A DNA stretch of 64,000 bases from Eledone cirrhosa. Its lineage: Eukaryota. The notes under the pieces were generated by a model. The model had not been told where the DNA came from. It made no database searches and saw only the letters and a program-made list of their open reading frames with translations. A program made the translations under genes and the position numbers. Shown piece after piece: positions 12,688 through 26,217 of the stretch. Each line of letters opens with the position of its first letter. The first letter of the stretch is position 1. Where the stretch lies: contig OZ024746.1 in assembly GCA_964016885.1 (NCBI GenBank), positions 98,270,001 to 98,334,000 of the forward strand, given 5' to 3'.

Positions 12688-13105
12688 TTCTTCTTCTTCT
12701 TCTTCTTCTTCTTCTTCTTCTTCTTCTTCTTCTTCTTCTTCTTCTTCTTTTTCACCCACCCATTCCTGAGAGGGCCGTGGGGGCAGAATCCTCAAATACT
12801 CCTTCCAGCGGGTCCTGTCAGAAGCAACCGTCTCCAACTGACCCGGCTGGATCCCCAAATGAGACCAGCCAAGCTCATGGATGTTATCCAACCATCTTGC
12901 TCGGGGTCTGCCCCTAGGTCTCCTGCTGGTTGGTTTTGCCCGAAAAAATGTCCAGCGATTCTTTCCTTAGATATTCTAAACACGTGTCTGTAGTATCAGA
13001 GCTATGATTTCTCAATTCGGATAAGTAGCGGCTCCACCTGGAGTGATTCTGTGATCTTCGGGCTACGCACTCTATCGAGACAATGTTACTCCAAAGACCC
13101 TTTGT
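12688..13105 (-). mobile_element. RTE-clade LINE 3' end with (GAA)n tail
   Basis: Homologous to 9118-9470 (..DNIHELGWSHLGIQP..LPPRPS) and ends in (TTC)n at 12688-12750. Confidence 0.82.
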
Positions 13106-14103
13106 AGGAACCTCATTTCGGCGGCTTATATTCGCGTGTTCTTGATGTTAATTCTACGAATGAATTAATGTGGGTTGCTGGAAGCAAAAATTGATAAATG
13201 TCCCGGGTGTTCTTTCAGTGAGAAATATTTTATCTTCACCTAACATAGGTCTTTCCTGTTGTTTCCGATATCTTCTTTCGTCTAAATATATAGGTATGAA
13301 TGTGTTTATATTTACACCTTAAAATGATGAGAAGGTGTAAAAAATATCTCTCATTGCTGCACTATATTGACTTGTGTCTTATACAACTCACTGACTAACC
13401 TCTTATACTTTATTCTAATAATCAATGGAAGTATTTTGAATAAAGTATATTAACTTTCTAAACATGAAGCTGTGTTAAAGAAGCCATGTAATTTGTAATC
13501 ACTGAAAGTAACTAGATACTGCTATCCTATTAAATGTTGGATCAATTTCTTTTACATAAAATATTGACAACAACGCAGCATATGTTAAGAGTAAACTGAC
13601 GCCATGTTTTGAATATTTATATATATCAAGTGGCTTTTCTGAACTTTCCTCTGGCAGGAGATAACTAAAGATTAGAATGAAGCATTGGGATTCATTTCCT
13701 AACGGAATAAGAATTTCTTGTTAAAAATACTTCCACGTGCTGTTTTATTTTATATAATTTATAAATTTAAAAGCTGCTCGATTATTCGGAAACGTCCAAT
13801 CATTGATGCCAAATAGGAATTTTGTATAAATGTTGAAATGATAAGAGATGGCAAGAGTAATCATAGTATTACTCACATACGAGAGATATCTCCTGATATT
13901 TCTACCAGTTTCAAAGCTATTTATATTTCTTTATGTACAAATCTCAAGTGTCAGTTCCTATTTCATAGTATATATCAGACCCTTAAAGGGGATAGTAATT
14001 TCCTTGTGTTTTTCATTTCATACGTGTTTTCCTTCCAATTATACCATTGTATATTTCATTATATATTGACATTTATTTCTGATGATTAGAGATACCATAC
14101 ACA

Positions 14104-14143
<40 letters not shown>

Positions 14144-14339
14144 GGAGGTGAATTTTATTGTAGTACAATAAAGCAATGCAGATATCGAATAAGTAGCACT
14201 CTACAGTTTGTAGGACTGGAGTATAAATAATATATAAGATCACTGTGTGCATGTAAAAGCTAAACAGAAATAACAACACAAACAGTACAAAATACGGATG
14301 GAATATATTAGGTTAACTCTTGAAGTAGCAGGAAGAGCG

Positions 14340-14375
14340 TCTTAACGTTTCGGACGTTAGTCCTTCACCAGAAGA
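14340..14375 (-). ncRNA. Degenerate minimal hammerhead motif (PLE pLTR)
   Basis: Minus strand reads tctt-CTGGTGA-a-GGAC taac GTCC-GAAA-C-GTT-aaga. The core carries an A6G change. Confidence 0.55.
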
Positions 14376-14501
14376 AAGAATGATAAATAAGATGGATTGA
14401 AGGGGCGATATATACTGTATATATATATAAGAATGGTAAATCTGAGTTTTTGAAATGCGCATAATAAAATACATGGAACTCTATTAACCATCTTTTGATC
14501 T

Positions 14502-14630
<129 letters not shown>

Positions 14631-14642
14631 TATATCTATCTA

Positions 14643-14677
<35 letters not shown>

Positions 14678-14679
<2 letters not shown>

Positions 14680-14971
14680 AAGGCAGGTAAAATTCCCGAG
14701 ATCCATGGACGAGTTCTCTCCAGCGGTCTCTGTCCCTCATTATCGCTGCTATGTCCTGCGTCTCCAACAGACCAGTGTCTGTCCTTAGGGCATCAACATA
14801 CGTTAACCTTGGTATTCCTCTTCCGGTGTGTCCATGTAGGGGCTCCCAGAGGGTCACTGAGTGCAATGTCAACTCTGGATGTCGGTGAGCATGTCCAGCC
14901 AACCTCAGTCTCCTCTGTGTCACTTTTGAGCTGACTTTTGGGATGCTCCCATACAGCTCTGAGTTTTTCAT
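14678..14971 (-). mobile_element. RTE/RTE-X-like LINE 3' ORF fragment inside (TA)n
   Basis: The ORF reads ..[33 protein letters not shown], a post-RT C-terminal motif. Confidence 0.8.
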
Positions 14972-14987
14972 CCTCAGTCTATACTGA

Positions 14988-15030
<43 letters not shown>

Positions 15031-15047
15031 ATATGTATATATATATA

Positions 15048-15515
15048 TAAGAAGAAATTAAAAGATGGTTAAAAAAGTTCCATGTATTTTATTATGCGCA
15101 TTTCAAAAACAAATATTATCCTGGGACAATATTTGCGTTCTGACCTTGTGATTTGACACTACTTTGCTCACAAGTGTTTTTTTAAGCTTCATATCATGTC
15201 TCCCTATTTTATCTGATGAGAACGCAAATATTGTCTAAACATTGCGTCTTTTCTGTGTGTAGATTCTATTTTTATTTCTATGTTCTCTAATTTGCCCTTA
15301 TGTTCTATTTTAGCATGTTGGTGGAGTATTGATGATTCTTTTTTATATTGAAGTTCTCGCCAGTGTTCATTTAACCGTTCTCCTATACTACGAGTTGTTT
15401 CACCTATGTTCACTATATTCTTATCTTTACATTGCCCTTCAGTACATCTTATGTTATATACTACATTTCTAGTTTTACAGTTAATATGGGGGCTTAGTTT
15501 ACAGATTACGCCTAG
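15048..15515 (-). mobile_element. Penelope-like element 3' part: GIY-YIG endonuclease remnant plus terminal pLTR segment
   Basis: The ORF reads CKTRNVVYNIRC..NIGETTRSIGERLNEH. Segment 15055-15110 is an inverted copy of 14445-14500. Confidence 0.82.
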
Positions 15516-17149
15516 AGTTTCTCCGAGCACGTCGTCGCACTTGCTGCGGACCAACACTCTATAGAATGTCGAAATGGAGTCTCCACTGATTGCCGGGTCC
15601 GTTTGCCTGAGGACTGTGAGCGCCTAAGCACATTCGATGTGACAGTCGCCCATTTTCCTCGGTCTTTGCTTGACCCAGGACTGCAGCTCGGTCAGCGAGA
15701 CGAGTCGTGGGAAGGCTCACCTCACGAACGGGGCCCACACTGGTTGTCAGGTGAGGAATACGTGGAGGTGCCGCAGCCTGAGCGCGTGTTTGCGCAACGT
15801 CAGCTACGGCATCCATAGCCCTCCGTTTGAAGGGTGTTGGCAGCAGATGGATCTTCTCACCAAAGGAGCCCGTTTCTTCCAAAGGAATTGGAAGAGCGCG
15901 CGCTCCATTTTGGTGAGCGTTTTGGCTGGACAAGGCACGACGGTCAAGCGGTAGTAGATGACGGACGCTATAAAAGTGTTCGCCACCTCCGCTCGACCCT
16001 TCAAGGATAGTTTGCACCCGGCCCACTTCTGGGTGAGCGCAAACACCTTGGCGTCACCTCGTTCCAGTTCTTCTCCACCTAGAGGTCGGGACCAAACCAG
16101 ACCCCGAGCAGCTTTACCGGTCCTTCCGTCCAACGTCCGACGGCGCCATCGGAAGGCATCGGTTTGCCTCTCCACGTTCCGAGTTGCAAACCGACGGATT
16201 TGTCCCGGTTCAGCTTCGCTCCTGTGAACCTTTCGTATTCCTCCAGTAAGGTGCCGACCTCCCCGATTTGCGAGGTGCTCGACACCATTACTGTCACGTC
16301 GTCGGCGTAGGCCGACGCCGCTTTTCGCAGTCCCGGTTCCAAAGGGATGCCTTGCAATAGCTCCAACTTCTGCAGTAGTGACTCGAGAGTCAGTTCGTAC
16401 AGAAGGGAGGAGAGAGGGCATCTCTGTCGGATGGATCACGTGATATAGAACGGCTCCGAGAGGTAGCCGTTCACCTTGACCCTTGAGCAGATGCTGCTGC
16501 TGTGCATTGCAGTAATCCAGTCCCTGAACACGGGTCCGAAGCCTGCCGCCTCGAGGACCGCATCCAGGTAACTATGGTCAACCCTATCGAAAGCCTTAGA
16601 CTGATTCAAGTTGATCAGGGCCCCACCGAAGCCGGGTTTACACCCTACACTCTCTATGATGTATCGCATGGGGTGGAGGTTGTCGTGTATGGACCCGGTC
16701 GGGATTGCGCATATCTGCGCTTCTCCCACCAGGTTTTTGACGACAAGCGCCAGCCTCTTTGCCAACACCTTGGCCAGAATCTGTAACTCTGTGTTTAGCA
16801 GAGTTATGGGCCGGAAGTTGCCTATGTCATCCCCCTTATTCTCGTCACAGAACTGGGAATTCTCCCGTTCTGCTGCCAGTTGCAGTAGACCGCTTCCAGG
16901 AGACCGGAGAACAAGTGCGGCATTGCTACGTAAAATTCGTAGGTTAGACCGTCGAGACCTGGCGATTTGCATTTGCCGCATTGGCTCAGCGCGACCCCTA
17001 TCTCAGCGGCCGAAATCGGCCTTTCGCAAAACTTCGCCTCGCTATCCGAGTGTCGCGGTAGGCCGCCGAGGTATGGACCGAAATCCATAGCCCCTCCCGG
17101 CGCGCCGCCCTGCCCGAACAGTTGAGCAAAGTGCCGCTGAAAGGCCCCT
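15515..17149 (-). mobile_element. L1/Tx1-clade LINE reverse transcriptase, frameshifted and truncated
   Basis: KSPGLDGL.YEFY, FRPITLLNTELQILAKVLAKRL, KAFDRVDH, AYADDVTV and LSLKGRAEVAN motifs across frames. The block is GC-rich. Confidence 0.9.

Positions 17150-17233
<84 letters not shown>
17150..17233. repeat. (GATA)n microsatellite
   Basis: Direct reading. Confidence 0.97.
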
Positions 17234-17414
17234 TAACCGTGATTAGTAGCACGAGGAAGAGAGTGTATATATACAATATACAAAGTTAAGTAAAGTGTGT
17301 CAGAAAACTATATCTTACCATTGCTAATAAATATCAGTTCTGGTACTAAAATATGGATGCATTTTACAGTTAATGTGGAAACTAAATATATACATATACA
17401 CCAAGTCTGAATAC

Positions 17415-17610
17415 AAAGGAACCAAACGCCCATTGTCACTGCCTCCGTCTCTCCCGCTCTCTCCATCTTTCACTATTATGAGCAAATGAGAGCGCGCCCA
17501 TTAATTGGTTGCCCGGCGTTCCCGGTGGACATAGTAGAGAAGGCGTTCCATCGGAGGATGGTGATGGAGATGCGCTGGAAGAGCCATTGCAGCTCGCCAT
17601 AGATTCTACC
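17415..17610 (-). mobile_element. CRE-like retrotransposon 3' end fragment
   Basis: Similar to the endonuclease end at 55591-55740 (WLFQR..GNAFS) and shares a 3' tail with the 28270 and 30849 copies. Confidence 0.7.
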
Positions 17611-17629
17611 TTGTCTGAATACAGCGTAT

Positions 17630-18030
17630 CATCATCATTATCATCATCATCATCGTTTTACGTCCGTTCTTCCCCGCTAGCATGGGTTAGACGGGTTGTC
17701 CTGTTGTGGGCAGTGTCCGGTCGGCTGACCTTGTCTTGCTCATACGGGAACTGATTCTGGCTTGATTTCTACAGCTGGATGCCCTTCCTAACACCAACCT
17801 CATTTACAGTGAGTGCTGGGTGCTTTTTTGCCGTGGCACCTCCACGACCACTTTACAGAGGAATGATAGGGACCCCAGTCCCTATCATCTCATTTCTACA
17901 GCTGAGTAAACTGGAGCAATGTGAAATAAAGTGTCTTGCTCAAGGAAACAACACATCACCCGGTCCGAGAATTGAATTCACAACCTTTCGATTGCAAGCC
18001 CAATGCTCTAACCACTAAGCCATGTGCCCT
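17630..18030 (-). mobile_element. SINE family C, near full length, (GAT)n tail
   Basis: Minus strand has TGGCTTAGTGG head, TTCCTTGAGCAAGACACTT domain, GGAAGGGCATCCAG, and tail CCCATGCTAGC..GGACGTAAAACGATGATG. Confidence 0.8.
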
Positions 18031-18714
18031 CACATATGGAGAAAATTCCACACAAGACCGAAAATATTCTTGCAATTTCAAGACACTTGCCCAAGAAGCT
18101 AGGCAGTGAAATCGAACAGGAAACTCGTGATTGTCAAGAGAACTTTTGAACCATTCGGCCTTGTATTGATAATAGACATTGCGGAGAAAATCAATTTATA
18201 AAGTATTTCTATCGAATGACAAGCGTATCAACACGGGTGGGGGCTGAGTTGTTTTCTATTCAGCCTTCCCTTCATCGTTTCCTGCATTGTGTCTCTCTTT
18301 TTTCTGTTTTTATTTAATATTTAGTATTTATTTATATATTTATTTATTTATTTATTTGTTTATTTATTCCTTTATTCTTGTTTTAAAAAATCATGCTGTG
18401 TTCATTACGGATGTCCTTTGAATATTAATGATGTTTATATTCAAAGAAAAAGGCAGCTGCTAGTGATATTGTTTAACATTTTGTGAAAAACTGGTGTCTT
18501 TTTTTTCTTTTGTAATCGTTTGTCGCTTTGTTAACTGATTTAGGAGTTATCTGATTATTAATGCTGTCAAGAAGCAAGAATCTCAGATCTATCATCACTT
18601 CAATGTCATCATCATAAAAAGCTATGATATTCATTTATTTTTCAGAAATTAGTTAGAAGGGAGGTGGATGAAAAGAATCTTCCCTGCGTCAGTATATGTT
18701 CCAACTGTTTGTCG

Positions 18715-18820
18715 TCTAAGGGTTAGGGGTTAGCTTCATCATAGTACGATCGTGAGTTTGATTCGTAGACACAGAGCTGTGTTGTGTTCTTGAGCGAGAC
18801 ATTTCATTTTACGTTGCTTG
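18715..18820 (+). mobile_element. SINE family C fragment (old)
   Basis: GAGTTTGATTC..GTGTTCTTGAGCGAGACATTTCATTTTACGTTGCT. Confidence 0.55.
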
Positions 18821-18916
18821 CTTTTCATGGTTAGATTCCGTTATGAAAGCATCTGAGAAGAACCCTATGAGACGCAACTTCACAGGAGGCCAGCTAAAGT
18901 TGTATAGGTGTGACAT

Positions 18917-19048
18917 GAAGAAGAAGAAGAAGAAGAAGAAGAAGAAGAAGAAGAAGAAGAAGAAGAAGAAGAAGAAGAAGAAGAAGAAGAAGAAGAAGAA
19001 GAAGAAGAAGAAGAAGAAGAAGAAGAAGAAGAAGAAGAAGAAGAAGAA
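18917..19048. repeat. (AAG)n microsatellite
   Basis: Pure run. Confidence 0.97.
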
Positions 19049-19261
19049 TCGTTGCTGCATATTCCATGAGGTTGAGTGACTTTCTATAACAGTAATATAC
19101 TGGCGTTGATCTGCTCGCCTTGACTATTAGCTACAAACACTGTTTCTACATAAACAATCAATGTTGTATATTTATCAGTTCACGTTGATGACAAAAACTG
19201 AAATGGCTTTACAGTTTGAAGATTTGAAGATTCAGAAAAAGAAAACTTAAAGAAGTATTTG

Positions 19262-20888
19262 ATTCCTTATATATATTTTACACTTCTATTCCTTATATAT
19301 ATATTTTACACTTCTATTCCTTATATATATATTTTACACTTCTATTCCTTATATATATATTTTACACTTCTATTCCTTATATATATATTTTACACTTCTA
19401 TTCCTTATATATATATTTTACACTTCTATTCCTTATATATATATTTTACACTTCTATTCCTTATATATATTTTACACTTCTATTCCTTATATATATATTT
19501 TACACTTCTATTCCTTATATATATATTTTACACTTCTATTCCTTATATATATTTTACACTTCTATTCCTTATATATATTTTACACTTCTATTCCTTATAT
19601 ATATATTTTACACTTCTATTCCTTATATATATTTTACACTTCTATTCCTTATATATATTTCACACTTCTAATTCCTTATATATATTTTACACTTCTATTC
19701 CTTATATATATATTTTACACTTCTAATTCCTTATATATATTTTACACTTCTATTCCTTATATATATATTTTACACTTCTAATTCCTTATATATATTTTAC
19801 ACTTCTATTCCTTATATATATATTTTACACTTCTATTCCTTATATATATTTTACACTTCTATTCCTTATATATATTTTACACTTCTATTCCTTATATATA
19901 TATTTCACACTTCTATTCCTTATATATATTTTACACTTCTATTCCTTATATATATTTTACACTTCTATTCCTTATATATATATTTTACACTTCTATTCCT
20001 TATATATATATTTCACACTTCTATTCCTTATATATATTTTACACTTCTATTCCTTATATATATATTTTACACTTCTATTCCTTATATATATATTTTACAC
20101 TTCTATTCCTTATATATATTTTACACTTCTATTCCTTATATATATTTTACACTTCTATTCCTTATATATATATTTTACACTTCTATTCCTTATATATATA
20201 TTTTACACTTCTATTCCTTATATATATATTTTACACTTCTATTCCTTATATATATTTTACACTTCTATTCCTTATATATATTTTACACTTCTATTCCTTA
20301 TATATATATTTTACACTTCTATTCCTTATATATATTTTACACTTCTATTCCTTATATATATTTCACACTTCTAATTCCTTATATATATTTTACACTTCTA
20401 TTCCTTATATATATATTTTACACTTCTAATTCCTTATATATATTTTACACTTCTATTCCTTATATATATATTTTACACTTCTAATTCCTTATATATATTT
20501 TACACTTCTATTCCTTATATATATATTTTACACTTCTATTCCTTATATATATTTTACACTTCTATTCCTTATATATATTTTACACTTCTATTCCTTATAT
20601 ATATATTTCACACTTCTATTCCTTATATATATTTTACACTTCTATTCCTTATATATATTTTACACTTCTATTCCTTATATATATATTTTACACTTCTAAT
20701 TCCTTATATATATTGTACACTTCTATTCCTTATATATATTTTACACTTCTATTCCTTATATATATTTTACACTTCTAATTCCTTATATATATTTTACACT
20801 TCTATTCCTTATATATATTTTACACTTCTAATTCCTTATATATATTTTACACTTCTATTCCTTATATATATTTTACACTTCTATTCCT
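19262..20888. repeat. Homogeneous minisatellite, about 1.6 kb, 28-30 bp unit TTTTACACTTCTATTCCTTA(TA)n
   Basis: More than 50 near-identical units that differ mainly in TA count. Confidence 0.97.
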
Positions 20889-21527
20889 AAAGGTCTCACC
20901 ACGGTGACGGAGAGAAATAGGTGAAATGGAATAAATGGAATAAACTTTTAAAAAAAAAAGACATTGACAAATTTAGTTTTATTTCATCTGAAATCAATAT
21001 TTCCTTCTCAAACCTCTGTTCCTTAAATATCTATCAGAATAAATACTTTACATCTTACATCTTCCACACCCAACTATACAATTAGATGGAAATTGTAAAA
21101 TTAATGCTGTCACTATTCACAGTTTTACACCTTTTTTTAAAATTTCATTTTACTTTTATCTATCTATTTATTTATTTATTTATTTATTGGTTCTTTCTTG
21201 TTTCTTTTAGTCTTGTTTTATATATTCTAGAAACATTTCTCTGAGCCAATCTATTTCTGTTCATTGTCATCTGACTGTTCAGAAATAATCACCAAGCAAT
21301 AATTTTTATCTGATGAATTGGAAGTTACAGAACATAAAAACCATTATTCTTGTAAATCAAGAAAATAACTACATTCATCACTGTTTGAAGTTAACGATGC
21401 GTGATGAAGGATTCCGAAAGAAATAGGGAAATCCTCAATTTAGCAATGCAATCCTATATTTAACAAATGAAAATATACAAAGTGTTGCTACAGTATGGCC
21501 GCAGAATAATGACTAAAATCAGTAAAA

Positions 21528-21731
21528 TAATTGTTTCTACTTTAGGCACAAGGCCAGCAATTTTTTGTGGGGAGAGTCGATTAATTGACCCCAGTGCATA
21601 ACTGGTACTTTATTTTATCGATCCCGCAAAGTTAACCTCGGCGGGATTTGAACTCAAATTATAAAGGGCTGTAACTCTATACTGTAAACCATGGTGTCCG
21701 ACCCTCTACCGATTCTGCCAATCCACCGCCC
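21528..21731 (-). mobile_element. SINE family A
   Basis: Head, core and tail, with a small internal deletion. Confidence 0.85.
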
Positions 21732-21740
21732 TTACCGATA

Positions 21741-21990
21741 GAACAATAATAATATTCGATTCATTTACAAGCAAACAGCTTCATTATGCTATGTTTCTTA
21801 GACGACTATCGCCATTCTTTTGTTCTAGCGGTGACAGAGAGAAACAATCGACAATATTGTTTCTGGGTTATTTCCCTTTGTCAAGATTGTGTATCTCTCT
21901 TCTCAGAACAAACTTATGGTGATGGTCATCTAAAAAACATAGCGTAATGAGGCTGTTTCCTTGCAAACAAATCAAATTATATTATTGTTC
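21741..21990. mobile_element. Foldback MITE-like element of about 250 bp
   Basis: Imperfect inverted arms (GAACAATAAT...ATTATTGTTC) span nearly the whole length, with GATA on both flanks. Confidence 0.7.
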
Positions 21991-22022
21991 GATATAAAAC
22001 TCATTAATATTTTACTCTATCA

Positions 22023-22220
22023 GTAGAGGGTCGCACACCTTGCTTTGCAGCATAGAGTTATGGCGCTTTACATTCTGAGTTCAAATCCCGCCTAGGTTAG
22101 CTCTGCCTTTCATCCTTACAGGATCGATAAAATAAAGTACCAGTAAAGTACCAGGGTCGATTTAATCAACTTTCTCCTCCCCCCAAATTGCTGGCCTTGT
22201 GCCAATATAAGAAACCATTA
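22023..22220 (+). mobile_element. SINE family A
   Basis: B-box, core and tail. Confidence 0.85.
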
Positions 22221-22636
22221 TTCGATATAAAACTAATGAATATTTTACTAAACCATTCCAAATTCTTTATTATTTCCAAAATAATTTTAAAATCATAGAC
22301 AACGTTTTTATTAGAAATCTAACATTGAGATGATAGATTTACGTAATAATAACATTTGTCCTATTACTATATCACTTTAGATTTGTGATTATCATATATA
22401 TCGGCGTACAAGATGATCCGGCGCATAGATCTACCCCGAAGATTCTGAGGTGTAATTTAGGTTTAGGTCTATATTGGCCGGATAATCCGACCCCCCCCCC
22501 CAACAAATAAGGCTGTTGCAGGGGAAATAATTCAAAAATTTTAGTGATGCGCTAAAGGCTAAGACACTTCTGAAACACTTCAGTCGTGAGTGAGTTGTAA
22601 CTCACTGAGTAAACCAGCCTAGCCTAACCTTAACAA

Positions 22637-22912
22637 ACCTATGGTAACCTACCCTATGGTAACTAACCCTATAGTAACCTACCCTATGGTAACCTACCCT
22701 ATGGTAACCTACCCTATAGTAACCTACCCTATAGTAACCTACCCTATAGTATACCACCCTATGGTAACCTACCCTATGGTAACTTACTCTATGGTAACCT
22801 ACCCTATAGTATACCACCCTATAGTAACCTACCCTATGATAACCTAACCTACGGTAACCTACTCTATGGGAACCTACCCAATGGTAACCTACCCTATGGT
22901 AACCTACCCTAT
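22637..22912. repeat. 15-bp tandem repeat CCTATGGTAACCTAC, about 18 units
   Basis: Direct reading. Confidence 0.95.
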
Positions 22913-23067
22913 GAGCTATGGCAAGTCATTGATATTATTATAATCTCCACGTTAAATAGACTTAACAAATATGAGATCCAGTTATGCTAGAGTTATGGTA
23001 AAGGGTGTACAACATGTGTTAGGCAGGTAGTTTCACTGTTTACCCTGTCAGTCGTAAAGGTTCACAT

Positions 23068-23150
23068 TTTATATTCGGCAGACAAGACGACCCCTGGATT
23101 TAGAGAGATATTTTTAGGCTCCAAATGTCGACTTGTACGCCGGCATATAA
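23068..23150. mobile_element. Tc1/mariner (pogo/Tc2-type) mini-MITE remnant
   Basis: Imperfect inverted ends TATATTCGGCAGACAAGACGAC and GTCGACTTGTACGCCGGCATATA, related to 40246-40433. Confidence 0.5.
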
Positions 23151-23657
23151 GATATGCTCAAAATCATTTGAAAATCATAGACAGCGTCTTTCATTAGAAA
23201 TATGGTAATGAAAGAGTTAAATAAGATTCTTGAAATCTCTACCGTTAACGTCTGATATATTTACAACTTAATACATAAATTTAGCGAGAATATTTCGCAA
23301 AATCATTTTTACAGAAAATTCCAATTTTAAGCGAAGGAATGAAGAAATTTGAATTACCAAGATGGAATTGAAAGAATCATTGAAGTGAGAGAGATAGCTC
23401 TCTCTCATAATTTTAAATGGTTGACTTTAAAAGTTGTCATCTTGCTTAATTGAACAATGTTTGCAGTATAATTTTTCACTGAAATATTTAGAGAGATAAT
23501 TTTCCACTAACGTGATTTCTTGCCTTCAGATATGGATATTGTAAAGCATTCAAGTTTTCTTATTTTTTAATTACAAAGATCATGATGATGGTGATGATGA
23601 TGATGACGACCATAAAGAAGAGAAGAAGGGTGAAAAGGCAAAACGAGATGAGAAAGA

Positions 23658-23710
<53 letters not shown>

Positions 23711-23750
23711 CCGTTTTACGTCCGTTCTTCCACGCTAGCATGGGTTAGAA

Positions 23751-23781
<31 letters not shown>

Positions 23782-23789
23782 TATTATTA

Positions 23790-25792
23790 TTTGAGTCTCA
23801 GTCATTGATGTTATTAAACTGGAAAGTTTGTTCAAATGAACATCAAGCCATTACCTGCAGCCTCAGATATTCAGGAGGTATCGGAGGATTCTTGCTGTTC
23901 CCAGTAAGCATGCCTTTTGAAGTGTTCCAAGAATCGGGACTGGACTAATCTTCTTTAACCATCCTTGAAAACTCATTGAGATAGTACCTAGTGCTCCTAT
24001 GACAATCGGGACAACCTTGATCTCATGACAGTCCCAAATCCTTTTTAACTCCCACTTTAAAACCTGGTATCGGTTAATTTTCTCCTTCTTTTCTTGCACT
24101 GTTGTGTGAAAGGGGCAGGCTACATCTACAATCAGGCACAATCTTTTATCCTTGTCAAAAACCACCAGGTCAGGCCTATTGTGTTCTAATTTCTTGTCTG
24201 TCTGTATCCTAAAATCCCATAGCACCTTCCCCTGATCGTTTTCTATCACCGACTCTGGTCATACCACTTCACCGAATATGGTAAATTGTTTAGTTTGCAT
24301 AGGTGCCAGTGGATCACCCTGCCTATCACGTCATGTCTCCAGCCTTTATAGTGAGTCTGGGCTAGGTGTTTACACTCGGATACAATGTGAACCACAGTCT
24401 CTTCTCTCTCCACAGATCCTACACAGTGAGCTAGCCTCCTCCTTGTCAATATAGTGTTTCACCCACCTCGTTATGAGGGCTTGCTTTTGTGCAGCCATTA
24501 GCATTCCTTCTGTAGCTTTTTTAAGGTCTCTACTTTTAACCAGTTCCATGTCTGTGGTTCTCTGAATTCCCTTTTCTTAAAGGTGCAATAAAGGGATTTT
24601 TCATGAAGGTTCCTCTTCCTCCTTGTTGTTATTTCTTCCTTGGACATCTCCTGCTCTATTGTCTTCTCCTTCGGCACAACTTTGAGCATTGGCTCCCTAC
24701 TGTCAGACACATATTTGTGCAGGTTGTTTTTCTCCCTCTGAACACAGTCCTCTATGCTAATAAGATCTCTTCCACCTTCAGATCTCTTTAAGTAGAGTCT
24801 ATCAACATCACTCCTCTTGTGGAACATGTTGTTGATAGTCAATAGCTTCCTAGACTTCCTATCCATTTCTTTTTGTTCAGTAACATTCCATTTCAGAATT
24901 CCCGCACTGTACCACAGATCGGGAATGTATTACACTTATGACATTCCTACTATTTAGATGTGATATTAGTATGTTCCTTACTCTCCTTATGTATCCAGAT
25001 CTTATTAATTCCTTCATTTTTTTGTTCTTGATGTCATCTGGCTCCAGAACACCCAAATAGTTGTATCCCTCCTCAGCATCAATTTCCTTTACCATCTCAC
25101 CTGTTGGTACCTGGATTCCGTTGCTTCTGTTCAATTTACCCCCTCTTCATCACTAGGACTCCACAATTATTAACACCAAATTCCATACATATATCATTGC
25201 TGAAAATAGGGTGAGTGTTAACAAGTACATCTAACTCCTTCTCACTTTTCTCAAAGAATTTTAGATCGTCCATGAAGATGAGGTGGTTGATGGTAAGCTC
25301 TCTTTTTCCCAGGTTGTATCCTGCTCTCACTTTTCGCAATATGAGGGACAAGGGTATGAGGGTAAGGACAAACAACAAACGGGACAAACTATCTCCCTGA
25401 AAGATACCTCTCTTGATCTTCACGCTTCCCAAGGATTCTCCACCTGATGTTAAATCTGTTTCCCAGGACTTCATACTTTTACTTAATAGCTGTCTGATGC
25501 TGTCTGCCACCTTGAAGATCTCTAGGCTTTTGGTTATCCAAGAATGAGGTACCATGTCGAATCCCTTCTTGTAATCCATCCCATGACAATGCCTCCTCCT
25601 GCAATTCCTTATTACCATCTTATCAATAAGTAACTGGTCCTTTGTACCACGGGACTTCTTTCAGCATCCTTTCTGTTCATCCGGTAATAAGTTAGTTATG
25701 TGGAGGTGATGGTGGATTTCCTCAGACACAATTCTTGTTAACAGATTCCACATTACGGACAGACATGTGATAGGCCTATAGTTAGTAATGAA
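23790..25792 (-). mobile_element. R4/Dong-clade non-LTR retrotransposon (RT plus restriction-like endonuclease), 5'-truncated and frameshifted
   Basis: NYRPITCL, GIFQGDSLS.LLF, FMDDLK, HIVSEC..RHD and RPDLVV..DVACP motifs. The 3' end abuts (TAA)n. Confidence 0.92.
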
Positions 25793-25859
25793 CTGGGGGG
25801 GGGGGGGCGATTTAATCGAATTTCCCCTCTCCCCAAATTGCTTATTATTATTATTAAAA

Positions 25860-26080
25860 GGGTGGTCGATTGGCAGAATCAGTAGAGCGTCAGACACCAT
25901 ACGTTGAAGCATAAAGTTACGGCCGTTTACTTTCTGAGTTCAAATCCCGCCAAGGTTAACTTTGCCTTTCATCCTTACCGGGTCGGTAAAATAAAGTACC
26001 AGTAATACACTGGAGTGATTTAATCGATATTACCCTCCACCAAAATTGCTGGCCTTGTTTCTAAATCAGAAAACATTATT
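25860..26080 (+). mobile_element. SINE family A
   Basis: Head, B-box, core and tail. Confidence 0.85.
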
Positions 26081-26100
26081 ATTATTATTATTATTATTAT

Positions 26101-26160
<60 letters not shown>

Positions 26161-26161
26161 C

Positions 26162-26217
<56 letters not shown>
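26074..26217. repeat. (TTA)n(TAG)n microsatellite
   Basis: Direct reading. Confidence 0.95.

Noticed and set aside
22602-22912. Pentapeptide repeat protein (VTYPM/GYHRV) or telomeric repeat
   Set aside because: It is a 15-bp tandem repeat that is open by chance, and it is not TTAGGG.
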